This document shows, in pieces, positions 28,190 to 38,745 of a stretch of DNA of 64,000 nt (its first letter is position 1; each line of letters opens with the position of its first letter). The notes under the pieces were generated by a model. It saw only the letters and a program-made list of their open reading frames with translations, made no database searches and had not been told where the DNA came from. Made by a program: the position numbers and the translations under genes. The stretch covers positions 32,001 to 96,000 of the IMG/VR virus record IMGVR_UViG_3300012663_000526, one strand, 5' to 3'. Source of the DNA: a virus.

Positions 28190-28582
28190 ATGTCATTAGA
28201 GTCAATGAAATTGGCCGAACTAAAAAAGGTAGCAGAAGAATTTGCGGTAGATCTAGAATCTGCAAAGACTAAGGCTGAAGTTCTCGCAGCTCTAGCGGAA
28301 GAGGGAGTAACCTCAGAGCTTATTAATAATTTAAAAGCGGTAGAAAGAGAAGAGATTCCACCAGCACCAGTATTTGCTAATGCTGAGGAATTCAATCAGG
28401 ACCCAAGCTCTGCTCTTGTAAAGATGGAAAGATTGAACAAAAGTTATGAAGTTTTTGGATATAGTTTTAGCCAGGAGCACCCATTTGTAGCAATGCCAAT
28501 GGAAGCTGCCATGGAGCTTTTTGACACGCAAGAAGGTTTTCGTTTAGCTACACCTAGAGAAGTTAACGAATACTACTCATAA
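28190..28582 (+). CDS. Protein with N-terminal HeH/Rho-N-like helical domain
   Basis: L..MK.AELK..A....V......K..V...L pattern. Confidence 0.6.
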   Translation: MSLESMKLAELKKVAEEFAVDLESAKTKAEVLAALAEEGVTSELINNLKAVEREEIPPAPVFANAEEFNQDPSSALVKMERLNKSYEVFGYSFSQEHPFVAMPMEAAMELFDTQEGFRLATPREVNEYYS

Positions 28583-28593
28583 GGAGATAATAA

Positions 28594-29523
28594 ATGGCAG
28601 AGATTCACAGTGGCACCAATGGTCCAATCAACTTTAAGACCTATTATAACGGTATAGCTAAAGACCCAGATTCAGGCCCAACCGTAACAATCTACTATGA
28701 AGATGCCACTACTGGAACAACACTAACTGCAAACAATACTGATGTTGACGCAGGAAGCTATTTTGTATACGTCCCAATTGTAGCAACAACTTCATACAAG
28801 TATTTTTACTTAAAGATTGACTATACAATTTCTGGAACAGTATTCTCTGACCGCAAGCACTATCTTGTTACAAGACCATATGCTACAGTTTCAGACATTG
28901 TTGATTACTCTGGGTATGGCGTAGATACAGTAGACACGAACTATAAGACTTATGATGAGATCATGTCTGCTGAAAGATATGCAAGATTTAAGATTAATGC
29001 ATTCACTGGACAAAAGTTTGACTATGGGCAAAAGTCCATATCAGTACTTGGAGACGGAGTAGACGTATTATTATTGCCAGAAAGAATAGAGTCTATATCT
29101 AAAGTATACGAGAACGATGTACTAGTCTATGATTCAGCATCTACAAACAATCAAGTATCATTAAAGGTTACAGACACTAACTATGCAATTGCAATAGATA
29201 AGGGGCCAGGCCTTGAGGTATTTGAGTCTTATCCATATCAAGCAGATAGGCCAAATGCTGGTTACTTTAACAATGGATCAAAGTATACAGTTCAAGGAAT
29301 GTTTGGATACAAGAATGTTCCAATTGAAATTTATGACTGCACAATTAGATTAGCAAATGACTTTTTCCACCAAGACACCACATGGAAGGAGAAGTACGTT
29401 AAGTCTATGCAGACTGGTGACTGGAGCGTTGATATTTCTCCAGCGGCATTTACTGGAACGGGCAACTCTGCAGTAGACAGAATGCTTGAGCCATTTGTCG
29501 CTAACCGTATGGTGGTTATTTAA
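28594..29523 (+). CDS. Head-to-tail adaptor
   Basis: PYAT..DI, INAFTGQ.F, V.G.FGY..VP..I, TGN..VD..L..F; position after capsid. Confidence 0.75.
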   Translation: MAEIHSGTNGPINFKTYYNGIAKDPDSGPTVTIYYEDATTGTTLTANNTDVDAGSYFVYVPIVATTSYKYFYLKIDYTISGTVFSDRKHYLVTRPYATVSDIVDYSGYGVDTVDTNYKTYDEIMSAERYARFKINAFTGQKFDYGQKSISVLGDGVDVLLLPERIESISKVYENDVLVYDSASTNNQVSLKVTDTNYAIAIDKGPGLEVFESYPYQADRPNAGYFNNGSKYTVQGMFGYKNVPIEIYDCTIRLANDFFHQDTTWKEKYVKSMQTGDWSVDISPAAFTGTGNSAVDRMLEPFVANRMVVI

Positions 29524-29954
29524 TGTCAAGAGGCCTTATAGAATCTACCCTAAACATGAAGATGGATGTTTATGAGGTCATTGTTTCACAAGACGAAAAT
29601 ACTGGAGCCCTAGTAAAGAAGTGGGGCTATAAGAGTACTGAGCCATGCTTAGCCAGAGGATATATTTCTGAAACTGGAAGAACTGGCGGAAGCTCAGAAA
29701 AGACTGGTGAAAGATACGAAAATACTGAAAGAATAATTATTGAGACAAAGTATAAGACAACAAAGACACAGAGACTTACTAACATTAGAAATGATAGAGA
29801 CGAAGTAATCTGGTTTGAATTAATTAGTAATAACTACGATACCCCAACTATATTTGATGTAATGGGAGTAACCCCAGTACTTGATCCATTTGGACAGATA
29901 TTATCATTCAACGTAAGCGCTAAGCGCTCAGAGGTACAGAAGCTTGAAGTCTAA
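29523..29954 (+). CDS. Head closure/stopper protein
   Basis: Size and position; QD..TG...K.W motif. Confidence 0.6.
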   Translation: MSRGLIESTLNMKMDVYEVIVSQDENTGALVKKWGYKSTEPCLARGYISETGRTGGSSEKTGERYENTERIIIETKYKTTKTQRLTNIRNDRDEVIWFELISNNYDTPTIFDVMGVTPVLDPFGQILSFNVSAKRSEVQKLEV

Positions 29955-30735
29955 CATAATCTCACAAATTAAATCCGCAGAGCAGGTTATGTCTATGGGC
30001 GGAAGTAGAGGTATGATCAAAGACAATGGATCAATAGCTAAGATAGCTTCAGCACTATATTATAAAGCAGCAGCATTAGACTACTTAGTTAATTCTTCAT
30101 TAACACAGAAAGCAGTAAAAACAAGAATCTTTAATCAGATAAACAAAGACTTTTCATTTTATACAGATGCACAGGCTAGGAGCTACACATCTAGGTTACA
30201 CCATGTATATGAGTGGAGAAGGGCTGGAGACCCGTCAGCGAGGCTCTGGAGCCTTGATATGACCCCTTCTACAGGATACAACATGTCTCTATCATATTCT
30301 TTTAAGCAGTCTAGATCAAATGTTCCAAACACCAGATCATTAAAAAAATATGTATTCAAGGAAAAGGCAAGAATTATGGAATATAGAATTCCAGTAACTA
30401 TTAGACCCAAGGCTGCATCTATAAGATTGGCCTTTGAGGGAAGAGACGGAAAGCTAGTTGTTCTTCCAAAAGGACAAAGCGTTAGAGTTAAAAATCCAGG
30501 CGGAAACAATGTGTATAACGGATTCGGAAGAACCTATGAAAGATTCTTTAAAGGCAATATGGTTAAGACTAGCCTTGAAGATTCTGGAGTTAAGAGCGCA
30601 GTTACTAGAGCTACAAAAACCTCTACTAAAGTTCCAGCTATGATTTCAAGTAAATTGTCTATTGGAAGAATATCTCCAGAGGCTGTAAGATCACTTGCTA
30701 AGGCAAGCGCATTGAGGGAGGCTAACAAAATATAA
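29944..30735 (+). CDS. Neck/tail completion protein
   Basis: Basic protein with LHHVYEW and F..KA..ME motifs; position. Confidence 0.55.
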   Translation: MKSNIISQIKSAEQVMSMGGSRGMIKDNGSIAKIASALYYKAAALDYLVNSSLTQKAVKTRIFNQINKDFSFYTDAQARSYTSRLHHVYEWRRAGDPSARLWSLDMTPSTGYNMSLSYSFKQSRSNVPNTRSLKKYVFKEKARIMEYRIPVTIRPKAASIRLAFEGRDGKLVVLPKGQSVRVKNPGGNNVYNGFGRTYERFFKGNMVKTSLEDSGVKSAVTRATKTSTKVPAMISSKLSIGRISPEAVRSLAKASALREANKI

Positions 30736-31280
30736 TGGCAGACTATTCATTAAATGCAGCAGGAGCCGTAAGAGACTTCTTGTGGAGTAAGTTAAGCACA
30801 ACAAATTCAAATGTAAAGTCTGGTCAGAAGATGTTTGAGCCATCAGACTATCAGATTGATCTATTGAGCGGAACCGAATTTACAATGATACCTATTATCC
30901 CTTCTCAGCAGGATGCCTTGTTGGACGGAGCCCTAGCAGATAAAAATCATATTATCTATGATTATGTGGCGGACGGATATGAAGACAACTGGATGATATG
31001 TAGAGACTCAATGATGTTTACAATATACTCTAAGTCATATGCAGAGATTGCAGAGATTCAGAACCTTATGCTAGATCTATTCAGAAGAATGGACGATACA
31101 GCTAGAGACATAAACAACCATATAGGCTCAAATTCACCATTTATCTTCTTTTCGGTCTCACTGATAGATCTCCTTTCTCCAGAGCCAGAACGTGAAAAGG
31201 TTGGCTGGCAAGCAGGTCAGGTAGTAATCAGATATAAGTATGGAAGACAGATCTCATCAACTACAGGTAGATTCTCCTAG
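30735..31280 (+). CDS. Tail terminator protein
   Basis: Position before major tail protein; size; I.YD...F.IYS pattern. Confidence 0.6.
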   Translation: MADYSLNAAGAVRDFLWSKLSTTNSNVKSGQKMFEPSDYQIDLLSGTEFTMIPIIPSQQDALLDGALADKNHIIYDYVADGYEDNWMICRDSMMFTIYSKSYAEIAEIQNLMLDLFRRMDDTARDINNHIGSNSPFIFFSVSLIDLLSPEPEREKVGWQAGQVVIRYKYGRQISSTTGRFS

Positions 31281-31283
31281 CCT

Positions 31284-31312
31284 TTGCTTTTTAATATGTT
31301 AGGCTGTATTAT
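31284..31312 (+). promoter_or_regulatory. sigmaA-type promoter for major tail gene
   Basis: TTGCTT-17-TATTAT. Confidence 0.6.
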
Positions 31313-31413
31313 TTAACTATCGAGGATTTGTCAGCCTAGCCAGCTGTTCGTTTTAATTGGTAAGATTTTAAGCAATAACTATATCCACAAAAAAGATGGA
31401 GGTGGAAACAAAA

Positions 31414-32091
31414 ATGGCAAATGTAAATAATATTATCGTTGGTGCCGCTAACGTTTGGGTTTCAAAGAAAGATTCAACAGAGGTAGCAGCTTGGCCAACA
31501 TATGCACTACCAACATTTACAGCTAACACAACAGCAGCGACAGCAATGGACGCAGCAACAGGTGCTACAGGCTGGAGAAACGTTGGTTTTACATCAGAAG
31601 GAATTGAAGTACAGTACTCACCAGATTACGGTGACATTCAGGTAGATCAGCTACTTGATACAGCTAAACTTTTCAAGCAAGCAATGACAGTTTCAGTAAA
31701 CACAACACTTGCAGAAGCAACTCTTGAGAATCTTCTATTCTCATTCGCACAAGCAGGATCAACAAAAGATGCTACAACAGGTGCAGGAGCAGATACAGCT
31801 TACGCAAAAGGAACTGGAGGAGAGTCACTAGGACTTGAGGCAGGAGCACTTGGAGCAGAACCAGTAGAAAGAGCACTTGTGTTCATTGGTAACGCACCAC
31901 GTTCAACAGCAGGTGTTAAGAGAGAGCGTCTATACCATGCACGTCGTGTATTGAACGTAGAAGCTTCTTCACACTCATACCGTCGTAATGAAGCAACAGT
32001 ATTCCCAGTATCATTTAGATTGTTACCAGACCCAGCATTTTCAGGCGCTGAGTACGGAATGATCGTTGATCGTCAAATTGCAGCTTCGTAA
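31414..32091 (+). CDS. Major tail (tube) protein
   Basis: NIIVGAA, VGFT.EG..., VDQLLD, T.LAEATLENL, R.EATVFPV.FRLLP; GGAGG SD before ATG 31414. Confidence 0.88.
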   Translation: MANVNNIIVGAANVWVSKKDSTEVAAWPTYALPTFTANTTAATAMDAATGATGWRNVGFTSEGIEVQYSPDYGDIQVDQLLDTAKLFKQAMTVSVNTTLAEATLENLLFSFAQAGSTKDATTGAGADTAYAKGTGGESLGLEAGALGAEPVERALVFIGNAPRSTAGVKRERLYHARRVLNVEASSHSYRRNEATVFPVSFRLLPDPAFSGAEYGMIVDRQIAAS

Positions 32092-32116
32092 TAACTAAAT
32101 TTATTTAGTCTCAATT

Positions 32117-32147
32117 AAATGGCCCCTATTCGTAGGGGCCATTTCTT
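32117..32147 (+). terminator. Intrinsic terminator after major tail gene
   Basis: aaatggccccta-TTCG-taggggccattt perfect stem followed by ctt. Confidence 0.85.
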
Positions 32148-32174
32148 GTCTTAATACCTAGTGTCTGGTAAAAT
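32146..32174 (+). promoter_or_regulatory. sigmaA-type promoter for chaperone/tape measure operon
   Basis: TTGTCT-17-TAAAAT with TG extension. Confidence 0.55.
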
Positions 32175-32207
32175 TGTACAGAGACTAACAGAAATAGGAG
32201 GAGTACT

Positions 32208-32540
32208 TTGGCTACCAAGGTATACGAAACGTACGAAATCGAACTACAAAATGGAACGGTGGTTACACTAAGACCATTACCAATTTCACAATTAAGAGAG
32301 TTTATGACTCACATGGCAAAGCTTGACGGTTCACTAAGTGAAACCCAAGCAGTAGATACACTGCTAGCTGCATCAGCAGTCGCATTAAAAACATCAGCTC
32401 CAGAATTAGCTGCTAACAAGGGTGAACTAGAGAATGCTCTAGACATGCCAACAATTATGAAAATTGTTGAAGTGTGTGGAGGTATCAAGATGGACGACCC
32501 AAACCTCTTGGCGGCAGCTCTACTAGCTGGTCAGAACTAG
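32208..32540 (+). CDS. Tail assembly chaperone (gpG-like)
   Basis: AGGAGGAG SD, TTG start; between major tail and tape measure genes. Confidence 0.85.
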   Translation: MATKVYETYEIELQNGTVVTLRPLPISQLREFMTHMAKLDGSLSETQAVDTLLAASAVALKTSAPELAANKGELENALDMPTIMKIVEVCGGIKMDDPNLLAAALLAGQN

Positions 32541-32860
32541 ATTTAGTTGCCGTAGAATCAGAGGCCTTTTTATTAGGTCTCTGGAAGAATTTTCAAGACC
32601 TGGAGGAGTCAATATCAATGCCTGAACTGCTAGCAATTCTTGAAGCATCAAGAAAAAATAAAAATGAAGAACGCAAGTTCTCTGCTGCTTTGCAGGGTGT
32701 TAAGATTGACGATCCTGAAACAACAAAGTCGTTTGATGATATCAAGCGACGTGCAATGGGCTACGATACAGAAACAAATGACGTAGCATCATTAAGAGGC
32801 TCACTCGCAGAACAGGAAGGTTTCGGAGTAGGTCAAGGCCTAGGTTATAGGGAAGAATAA
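32498..32860 (+). CDS. Tail assembly chaperone -1 frameshift extension (gpGT-like)
   Basis: C CCA AAC slippery heptamer at 32498-32504; downstream ORF is in the -1 frame and ends 3 nt before the tape measure gene. Confidence 0.8.
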   Translation, partial: PKPLGGSSTSWSELDLVAVESEAFLLGLWKNFQDLEESISMPELLAILEASRKNKNEERKFSAALQGVKIDDPETTKSFDDIKRRAMGYDTETNDVASLRGSLAEQEGFGVGQGLGYREE

Positions 32861-32863
32861 CAA

Positions 32864-35800
32864 ATGGCTGATATTTTAAATGTAAAGTTCACCGCCAATG
32901 CTGATTTTGGACAGTTAATATCTGAAGCCAATAGAGCAATGGCGGTGCTTTCTAAGTTTAGAAATCAGGCGCTTACCGAAAATATAGGTTTAAACAAAAA
33001 AGATTTTGATGGTGCGGTAGGTGAATTTAGAAAAGCAGTAACCGCAGCAGGATATTATAACTCATCAATAGTTGACGTCACATCATCAACACAAAAGTTT
33101 GGTAAAGAGTTAGCTGGCCAAAGATTAAAGCTAAAAGATTACTATAGTGCTTGGTCTGAATATAGCAGAGGCGCACAAGGACAAATAAGAAAGCTTGCTC
33201 AAGAGCAAGTTAGAATGAACTCTTCTATTGTTAAATCACTAGGAAGAGATGTATCTGGTGCTCAAAAAGCAATGGTTATTACTCCTACTGGTATTGATGC
33301 AGTAGCAAATGCTTCTAAGATTGCAGCAGCAGAATTATCAATCTATCACAAAGTTCTTAGAGATGGATCAACATCTTTAATCAATTGGGGTAAGAATACT
33401 CAGTGGGCTGGTAGACAGCTTACAGTTGGACTTACACTCCCACTAGCCATATTTGGAAAAACTGCATCTGAAGCTTTTAGAGCAGCAGACATGGAGCTCA
33501 CAAGACTAGCAAAGGTTTACGGCGGAATTGGTGGAGTATCTTCACAGCAGCTAACTCAAGTAAAGAAAGATGTAACAGAACTTTCAAAGACATTAGCTTC
33601 AACATACGGAGCTTCATTTCAAGAAACTATTGCATTGGGTGCAGATATTGCGGCAACTGGTAAAGAAGGAAATGACTTACTAGGATCAATTGCAGAAACA
33701 ACAAGACTAGCTACGCTTGGTGATGTTGATAGACAAGAAGCCATGAAAGCAACTCTAGCTCTTCAAAGCGCATTCAATATGAATACTAAAGAGCTTGCAG
33801 AATCAATTAACTTTCTTAACGCAGTTGAAAACCAGACATCAACAACTCTTGAAGATTTAGTTATTGCTATTCCAAAAGCTGGTCCCGTAATCAAGGGATT
33901 GGGCGGAGATGTAGAAGACTTAGCTCTATTACTAACAGCAATGAAAGAAGGCGGAATTAATGCATCAGAAGGTGCAAACGCACTAAAGTCTGGACTTGCT
34001 TCTATGATTAACCCAACGAAAGTTTCTAGAGATTTATTGATGGGCTGGGGAGTATCTGTGGATGACATAGTTACTGGAAACACTGGTAACGTTGTGGGAA
34101 TGATACAGTCATTGAAAGAAGCATTAGACCAATTAGATCCGCTACAGAAACAACAAGCAATTGAACAACTCTTTGGTAAGTATCAGTTTGCAAGAATTAA
34201 TGCACTTCTTGAAAACATAGGAAAAGAAGGAAGCCAGACTATGCAGGTCTTTGACCTCATGAAGGCTTCAACATCAGAGCTTGGATCAATTGCTGATCGA
34301 GAATTAAAAGCTTTGACAGACTCAGCATCAGGAAGATACAAGAGAGCGCTTGAAACATTTAAAGCTGCCATAGCAGATATTGGAGAGCCATTCCTAAATA
34401 TTATGGCAAAAGTTTTAGATGTTGGAGGCAAAGTTCTTGGCGTTTTTGGAAAGATGCCTGCACCACTAAAAGCATTTGTAACTGGAATGGGTGTCCTTAC
34501 AGCATTGGCTGGACCACTTATTATGCTTACTGGTCTTATGGCCAACTTCTTTGGTTACATAATAAAAGGTGTAAATGCATTAAGACAGTTTAGAAGTGGA
34601 GCAGATTCCTTCAAGCTTGTTACGACAGAAACTATTGCGGCAGATCAAGTTGCAGATGCATACACACAAAGTATTTATTCACAAAAAGATGCAGCAACAA
34701 TTCTTAGAGTGGAGCTAGAAAGACTTGCAATGGCTTACAGAGACCTTGCTTCAAGTCAACAAGGTGGTGCTCCAGGCCCAAATTCTGGAACTGTAATTCC
34801 ACCAACAATCGTAGGTCCAGGCGGAGGGCCTCAAGTTAATGTTCCATCGGAACAACAAAGTCTTGAATCAACAATAAGTTCTATTTCAGCAGATCCAGCA
34901 AAAGCAAGAGCAAAAGAAATGTTTGGAAAAAGAGTTGAGGCTCTTAAAGCAGAAGGACTTGATCAGAAAAAAGCATTTACTGTAGCTATGGCAGAGGTGC
35001 AAGACTCTCTTATGGTAAGTGGAGCTGGCGGAAATGCAACAGGATTTGCAACTGCAGTTCAAGGCGGATTTGCAGGATATCAGGATGGAGTAGTTGGTGG
35101 TTACGGAGGAGACAAGATTGATTTAACTTCTCCAGATGCAATGGACTCTCCAAATATTGCACATACAGATCCAGCTGGTAAAGTAAAGGGTAAGCAAACT
35201 CTTGCCCCAACAGTTCAATCAAAGGGCGCAAACGAAGCTTCTAAAAAATTAGCGGCAAGCCCATTTGAATTTAAGGGAAGAACTTACGATGCTGGTCAGC
35301 TAAGCATATATAGTGATGAAGAACTCATGACAATGGGTTCTCAAGGAGTTTATATGGGATCAGCTGTTAAGGGTGCCCATGAAGCTTACCCACAATTTGC
35401 AGTAGGAGATACTGCAATAAGCGGAAAGAAAACTAAAATTGGTGATGCAGCTGCATCATTTAAGAGAAGATTCGTTGGAAGAAAAGATCAGCTAGCAAGT
35501 CAAGCTCCAGTTTCAACAGTTATGCCAGTTTCTCCAGCTGTACAAAATACCAGAAAAGCCATAGATGTATATAACGATCCAAATACAGATATGGCAACAC
35601 GAAAGTCAATTGATAGAAATAGAAAAAAGACAGGCCAAGCAGCTCTAGGTGGAGTTCCAGATACACGAAAAGTAGAAAAGGGAATGGTAAATTCTGCTAA
35701 GGCAGCAAAACTATTTAATACTAACTTGATGATGTCAGTCGGAACGCTTGGAATGGCAGCATCAATGTTAAATCAAGTAACTGGATTACAAAGTGGACTT

Positions 35801-38311
35801 GTTGCAAAGGCAGGAGAATTTGCAATGGCATTAGGCTATGGTCTTCCAGCAATTAAGGCTTTGGGCGGAGGTTTAAAAACTGTAGGTGGATCTTTAGCTA
35901 AAAGCGGAGGCCTAGTTGGAGGCTTAGGCAGAGGCCTTGCAATGATTGGCGGACCATATGGAATGGCAGCAGTTGCTGGAATTGCAGCCGTAACAATGGC
36001 TATTAGATTTATGCAAAAGCAGCACAAAGAAGCACTTGCAAAAGCAAAAGCAGACATTGATGTATCTGCAGATGCAGTAGAAAAATTTGGCGGACAAGCA
36101 TTAAATGCTCAGTCAGCTTTCAAGGCTCTTTCTGAAAATGCTGGTGCACTTAGATCTAAAATGGCTAGAAGCAAGGAAGATCTTTCGTTGCTTCCAAATC
36201 AAAAAGAGATTGATGCGGTTAAGGAAGATGTTAAGAACCTTATGCAGGATCAGATTAAGGCTGCTGGTGGACTTAAAGATCGTGGAGCGGCTGAAGAATT
36301 TGCAAGAAACCTTAAGGCAACATTAGTATCACAAGGTGTTGCAGAAGCGCAAGCCAACGCAATTATTGGATCAATATTACAACAGGCTGGAAAAGAAGAG
36401 TTTACAGTTCCAGTAATGCTAGCGGTCAAGGGTATAAGCACAAAGGAATCTGCACTAGACGCATTAAGCACTGCAGCAGAAAAAACATTTAATGATATTC
36501 AAGAAAAGCTAAATGCTGGACTATATATAACTGAGGCTACTCAAGGAAGATTTGCAACTCAGATAAGCAACCTTGCAGGACTTGCAGTAAATCAAGTAGG
36601 TAAGTTTGAGGATATAAATGATATAGTAAGCGCATTGCCAGATGGAATGGAAAACTTAAACTTCCAGCAACTTCAGGCTACATACAGCGGACAACAGTTA
36701 TTAGCAAAACTTAAAGAAACAAATGCTCCATTGTATGAAGCATTCATGACAGCAGGAACACTTGGCGACGCAATTACTCAAGCTGCTGCTAATACACTAG
36801 GCTTAGTCAGTGCACTTTCTGGAGTAGAAGCCTCATTTGATGTAGCTGCTCAGCAAGCCCAGAACCTTGCAATAGCAGATGCTTATGGACAGTCAGGAAT
36901 TCAAAAATCATATGACAGAAAGATAGCAGCTGAAAACAAAGCAATTGCTGCTGTTCGTAGAAGAGCTCAGGCAGAAAAAGATGCTGCGGACAATGAAAAA
37001 GAAGCTATTGATGAAAAAATAGATAAGCTTAAAGAAGAAATAGATGTAATTCAAGACGCTACAGATAAGCGCAAAGATCAATTGCGTGTTCAAGAAGAAG
37101 CTGCTAATTTTGAAAAGGAAATAGCTACATCCAGAGCTGAACAAAATGTAGCAATGATGACTGGTAATTTTGCAGAAGCTGCTATTATTGGTTTACAGAT
37201 AGACAAGAAAATGAATGCAAGATCCGTCGACCTTGCAGAAAAAGCAATTGATGATAAAGCTAAAGCAGAAATTGCAGCACGTGAAGAAGAAATTAAGCGT
37301 CATGAAGATAGAAAGAAAGAAATTAAAGAGCTTACAGATGCACAAATGCAAGCAATTGATGCTCGCACAGCAAAAGAAGTTGCTAAGCATCAAGAAGCAA
37401 TCAAAGCAATACAGGCAGCAGCAGCAAAAACAGCAACAGACTTTAGAAAGCTTTATTTAGAAGCAGCTCAAGGCAATGAAAAATCATACAATGACCTAAA
37501 GACTCTTCTTGGAAAAACTGGAGGAGACCTAGGTGTTCTTCAAGGATCATTCACTAAGTTTGCTGAAAAGGCTACTGCTGATTTTAAAAAGTTCTTTACA
37601 AATACCATAAAGTCATTGTTAGGAAGCAAGTATCAGTTAGATGATGCTACTGGAAAAATTTATGAAAATGGTCCAGATGGAAAACGTGGAAAGCAAGTCG
37701 GAGACATGGGCTCAGGCTTCTTGCAGATGTTTGGGTTTACTGGAGGCGCATCTGGTGGAGTTGGATATTTCCCAGCACCTGCAGATATGGTTAAGAGAGG
37801 CGGCCTAATTGAAGGAATGGCATCTTATGTAGCAACCATGAAGTTTAGAGACAAAGATGGTAAAGAATACTCTAAGAATGCAATTGATGGAATGTGGGAT
37901 GGAGCAAGCATGGATGAAGAGACAGCTGCTCTATATGCTAAAGAAACTGGAAAGGGATCTGCATTTCTTGGGTATGCACAAAGATATATGGGCGGACCAG
38001 TAAAGAAAAATTATATGATCAAGGGCCAAAGATTTGATGGAGGTCCTACTCAAAGATCAGCATTCCCATATTTAGTTGGTGAAAAGGGTCCAGAGCTAAT
38101 GATTCCAAATATGAATGGAAATGTGGTACCATCAGATAGGTTATTTAATGCGGTAAGACAAATGAATCTATCAGGCTCTCAAGGCGGAAACGAGTACAAT
38201 ATTAACGTTAGCGTCATGAATTCAGGAGCTACAGCAGATCAAATTGCTAATGCAATTCAGTCTAAGATGAAGCTTATGGATCAAAGAGTAGGAATATCGA
38301 GGAATGTATAA
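32864..38311 (+). CDS. Tape measure protein
   Basis: 1815 aa, Ala/Gly-rich helical; NWGKNTQWAGRQL and AVENQT core; hydrophobic segments; C-terminal YLVGEKGPEL. Confidence 0.93.
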   Translation: MADILNVKFTANADFGQLISEANRAMAVLSKFRNQALTENIGLNKKDFDGAVGEFRKAVTAAGYYNSSIVDVTSSTQKFGKELAGQRLKLKDYYSAWSEYSRGAQGQIRKLAQEQVRMNSSIVKSLGRDVSGAQKAMVITPTGIDAVANASKIAAAELSIYHKVLRDGSTSLINWGKNTQWAGRQLTVGLTLPLAIFGKTASEAFRAADMELTRLAKVYGGIGGVSSQQLTQVKKDVTELSKTLASTYGASFQETIALGADIAATGKEGNDLLGSIAETTRLATLGDVDRQEAMKATLALQSAFNMNTKELAESINFLNAVENQTSTTLEDLVIAIPKAGPVIKGLGGDVEDLALLLTAMKEGGINASEGANALKSGLASMINPTKVSRDLLMGWGVSVDDIVTGNTGNVVGMIQSLKEALDQLDPLQKQQAIEQLFGKYQFARINALLENIGKEGSQTMQVFDLMKASTSELGSIADRELKALTDSASGRYKRALETFKAAIADIGEPFLNIMAKVLDVGGKVLGVFGKMPAPLKAFVTGMGVLTALAGPLIMLTGLMANFFGYIIKGVNALRQFRSGADSFKLVTTETIAADQVADAYTQSIYSQKDAATILRVELERLAMAYRDLASSQQGGAPGPNSGTVIPPTIVGPGGGPQVNVPSEQQSLESTISSISADPAKARAKEMFGKRVEALKAEGLDQKKAFTVAMAEVQDSLMVSGAGGNATGFATAVQGGFAGYQDGVVGGYGGDKIDLTSPDAMDSPNIAHTDPAGKVKGKQTLAPTVQSKGANEASKKLAASPFEFKGRTYDAGQLSIYSDEELMTMGSQGVYMGSAVKGAHEAYPQFAVGDTAISGKKTKIGDAAASFKRRFVGRKDQLASQAPVSTVMPVSPAVQNTRKAIDVYNDPNTDMATRKSIDRNRKKTGQAALGGVPDTRKVEKGMVNSAKAAKLFNTNLMMSVGTLGMAASMLNQVTGLQSGLVAKAGEFAMALGYGLPAIKALGGGLKTVGGSLAKSGGLVGGLGRGLAMIGGPYGMAAVAGIAAVTMAIRFMQKQHKEALAKAKADIDVSADAVEKFGGQALNAQSAFKALSENAGALRSKMARSKEDLSLLPNQKEIDAVKEDVKNLMQDQIKAAGGLKDRGAAEEFARNLKATLVSQGVAEAQANAIIGSILQQAGKEEFTVPVMLAVKGISTKESALDALSTAAEKTFNDIQEKLNAGLYITEATQGRFATQISNLAGLAVNQVGKFEDINDIVSALPDGMENLNFQQLQATYSGQQLLAKLKETNAPLYEAFMTAGTLGDAITQAAANTLGLVSALSGVEASFDVAAQQAQNLAIADAYGQSGIQKSYDRKIAAENKAIAAVRRRAQAEKDAADNEKEAIDEKIDKLKEEIDVIQDATDKRKDQLRVQEEAANFEKEIATSRAEQNVAMMTGNFAEAAIIGLQIDKKMNARSVDLAEKAIDDKAKAEIAAREEEIKRHEDRKKEIKELTDAQMQAIDARTAKEVAKHQEAIKAIQAAAAKTATDFRKLYLEAAQGNEKSYNDLKTLLGKTGGDLGVLQGSFTKFAEKATADFKKFFTNTIKSLLGSKYQLDDATGKIYENGPDGKRGKQVGDMGSGFLQMFGFTGGASGGVGYFPAPADMVKRGGLIEGMASYVATMKFRDKDGKEYSKNAIDGMWDGASMDEETAALYAKETGKGSAFLGYAQRYMGGPVKKNYMIKGQRFDGGPTQRSAFPYLVGEKGPELMIPNMNGNVVPSDRLFNAVRQMNLSGSQGGNEYNINVSVMNSGATADQIANAIQSKMKLMDQRVGISRNV

Positions 38312-38313
38312 CA

Positions 38314-38745
38314 ATGCCATTTAAAATATCGCTCCCTAAAAGTTCCCTTGTAGAGATAGAGTCTACCACCGACACTTGGAATAAACTTACTGAGCACAAC
38401 CGTGGCCCACTTGAGATGTCAACAGAAAGAATTGAAGAGACCAAGCGTATGGCAAACGGAACTTTGAGAAAGTATTATATTGCTGATAAGAAGTCATTCT
38501 CGATGTCTTGGGATTTTGTTCCAGGAGCTCAAACACATTTAGTAGATACAGCATGGTCAGTCAACGACCTACAAACATTCTACAATTCAGCAACTGGAAA
38601 AGCATCATTTAGAATTAGAATCAAAAAAGCGGATGGCACATATGAGGGTCCATATACTGTCATATTTTCAGGTTTTTCACCCACTATTGTAAAACGTGGA
38701 GTAGATACTTTCTATAATCTGTCAATAGAAATGCAGGAGGTTTAG
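38314..38745 (+). CDS. Distal tail/minor tail protein
   Basis: Directly after tape measure; RMANGTLRKY..ADK..F..SW. Confidence 0.7.
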   Translation: MPFKISLPKSSLVEIESTTDTWNKLTEHNRGPLEMSTERIEETKRMANGTLRKYYIADKKSFSMSWDFVPGAQTHLVDTAWSVNDLQTFYNSATGKASFRIRIKKADGTYEGPYTVIFSGFSPTIVKRGVDTFYNLSIEMQEV

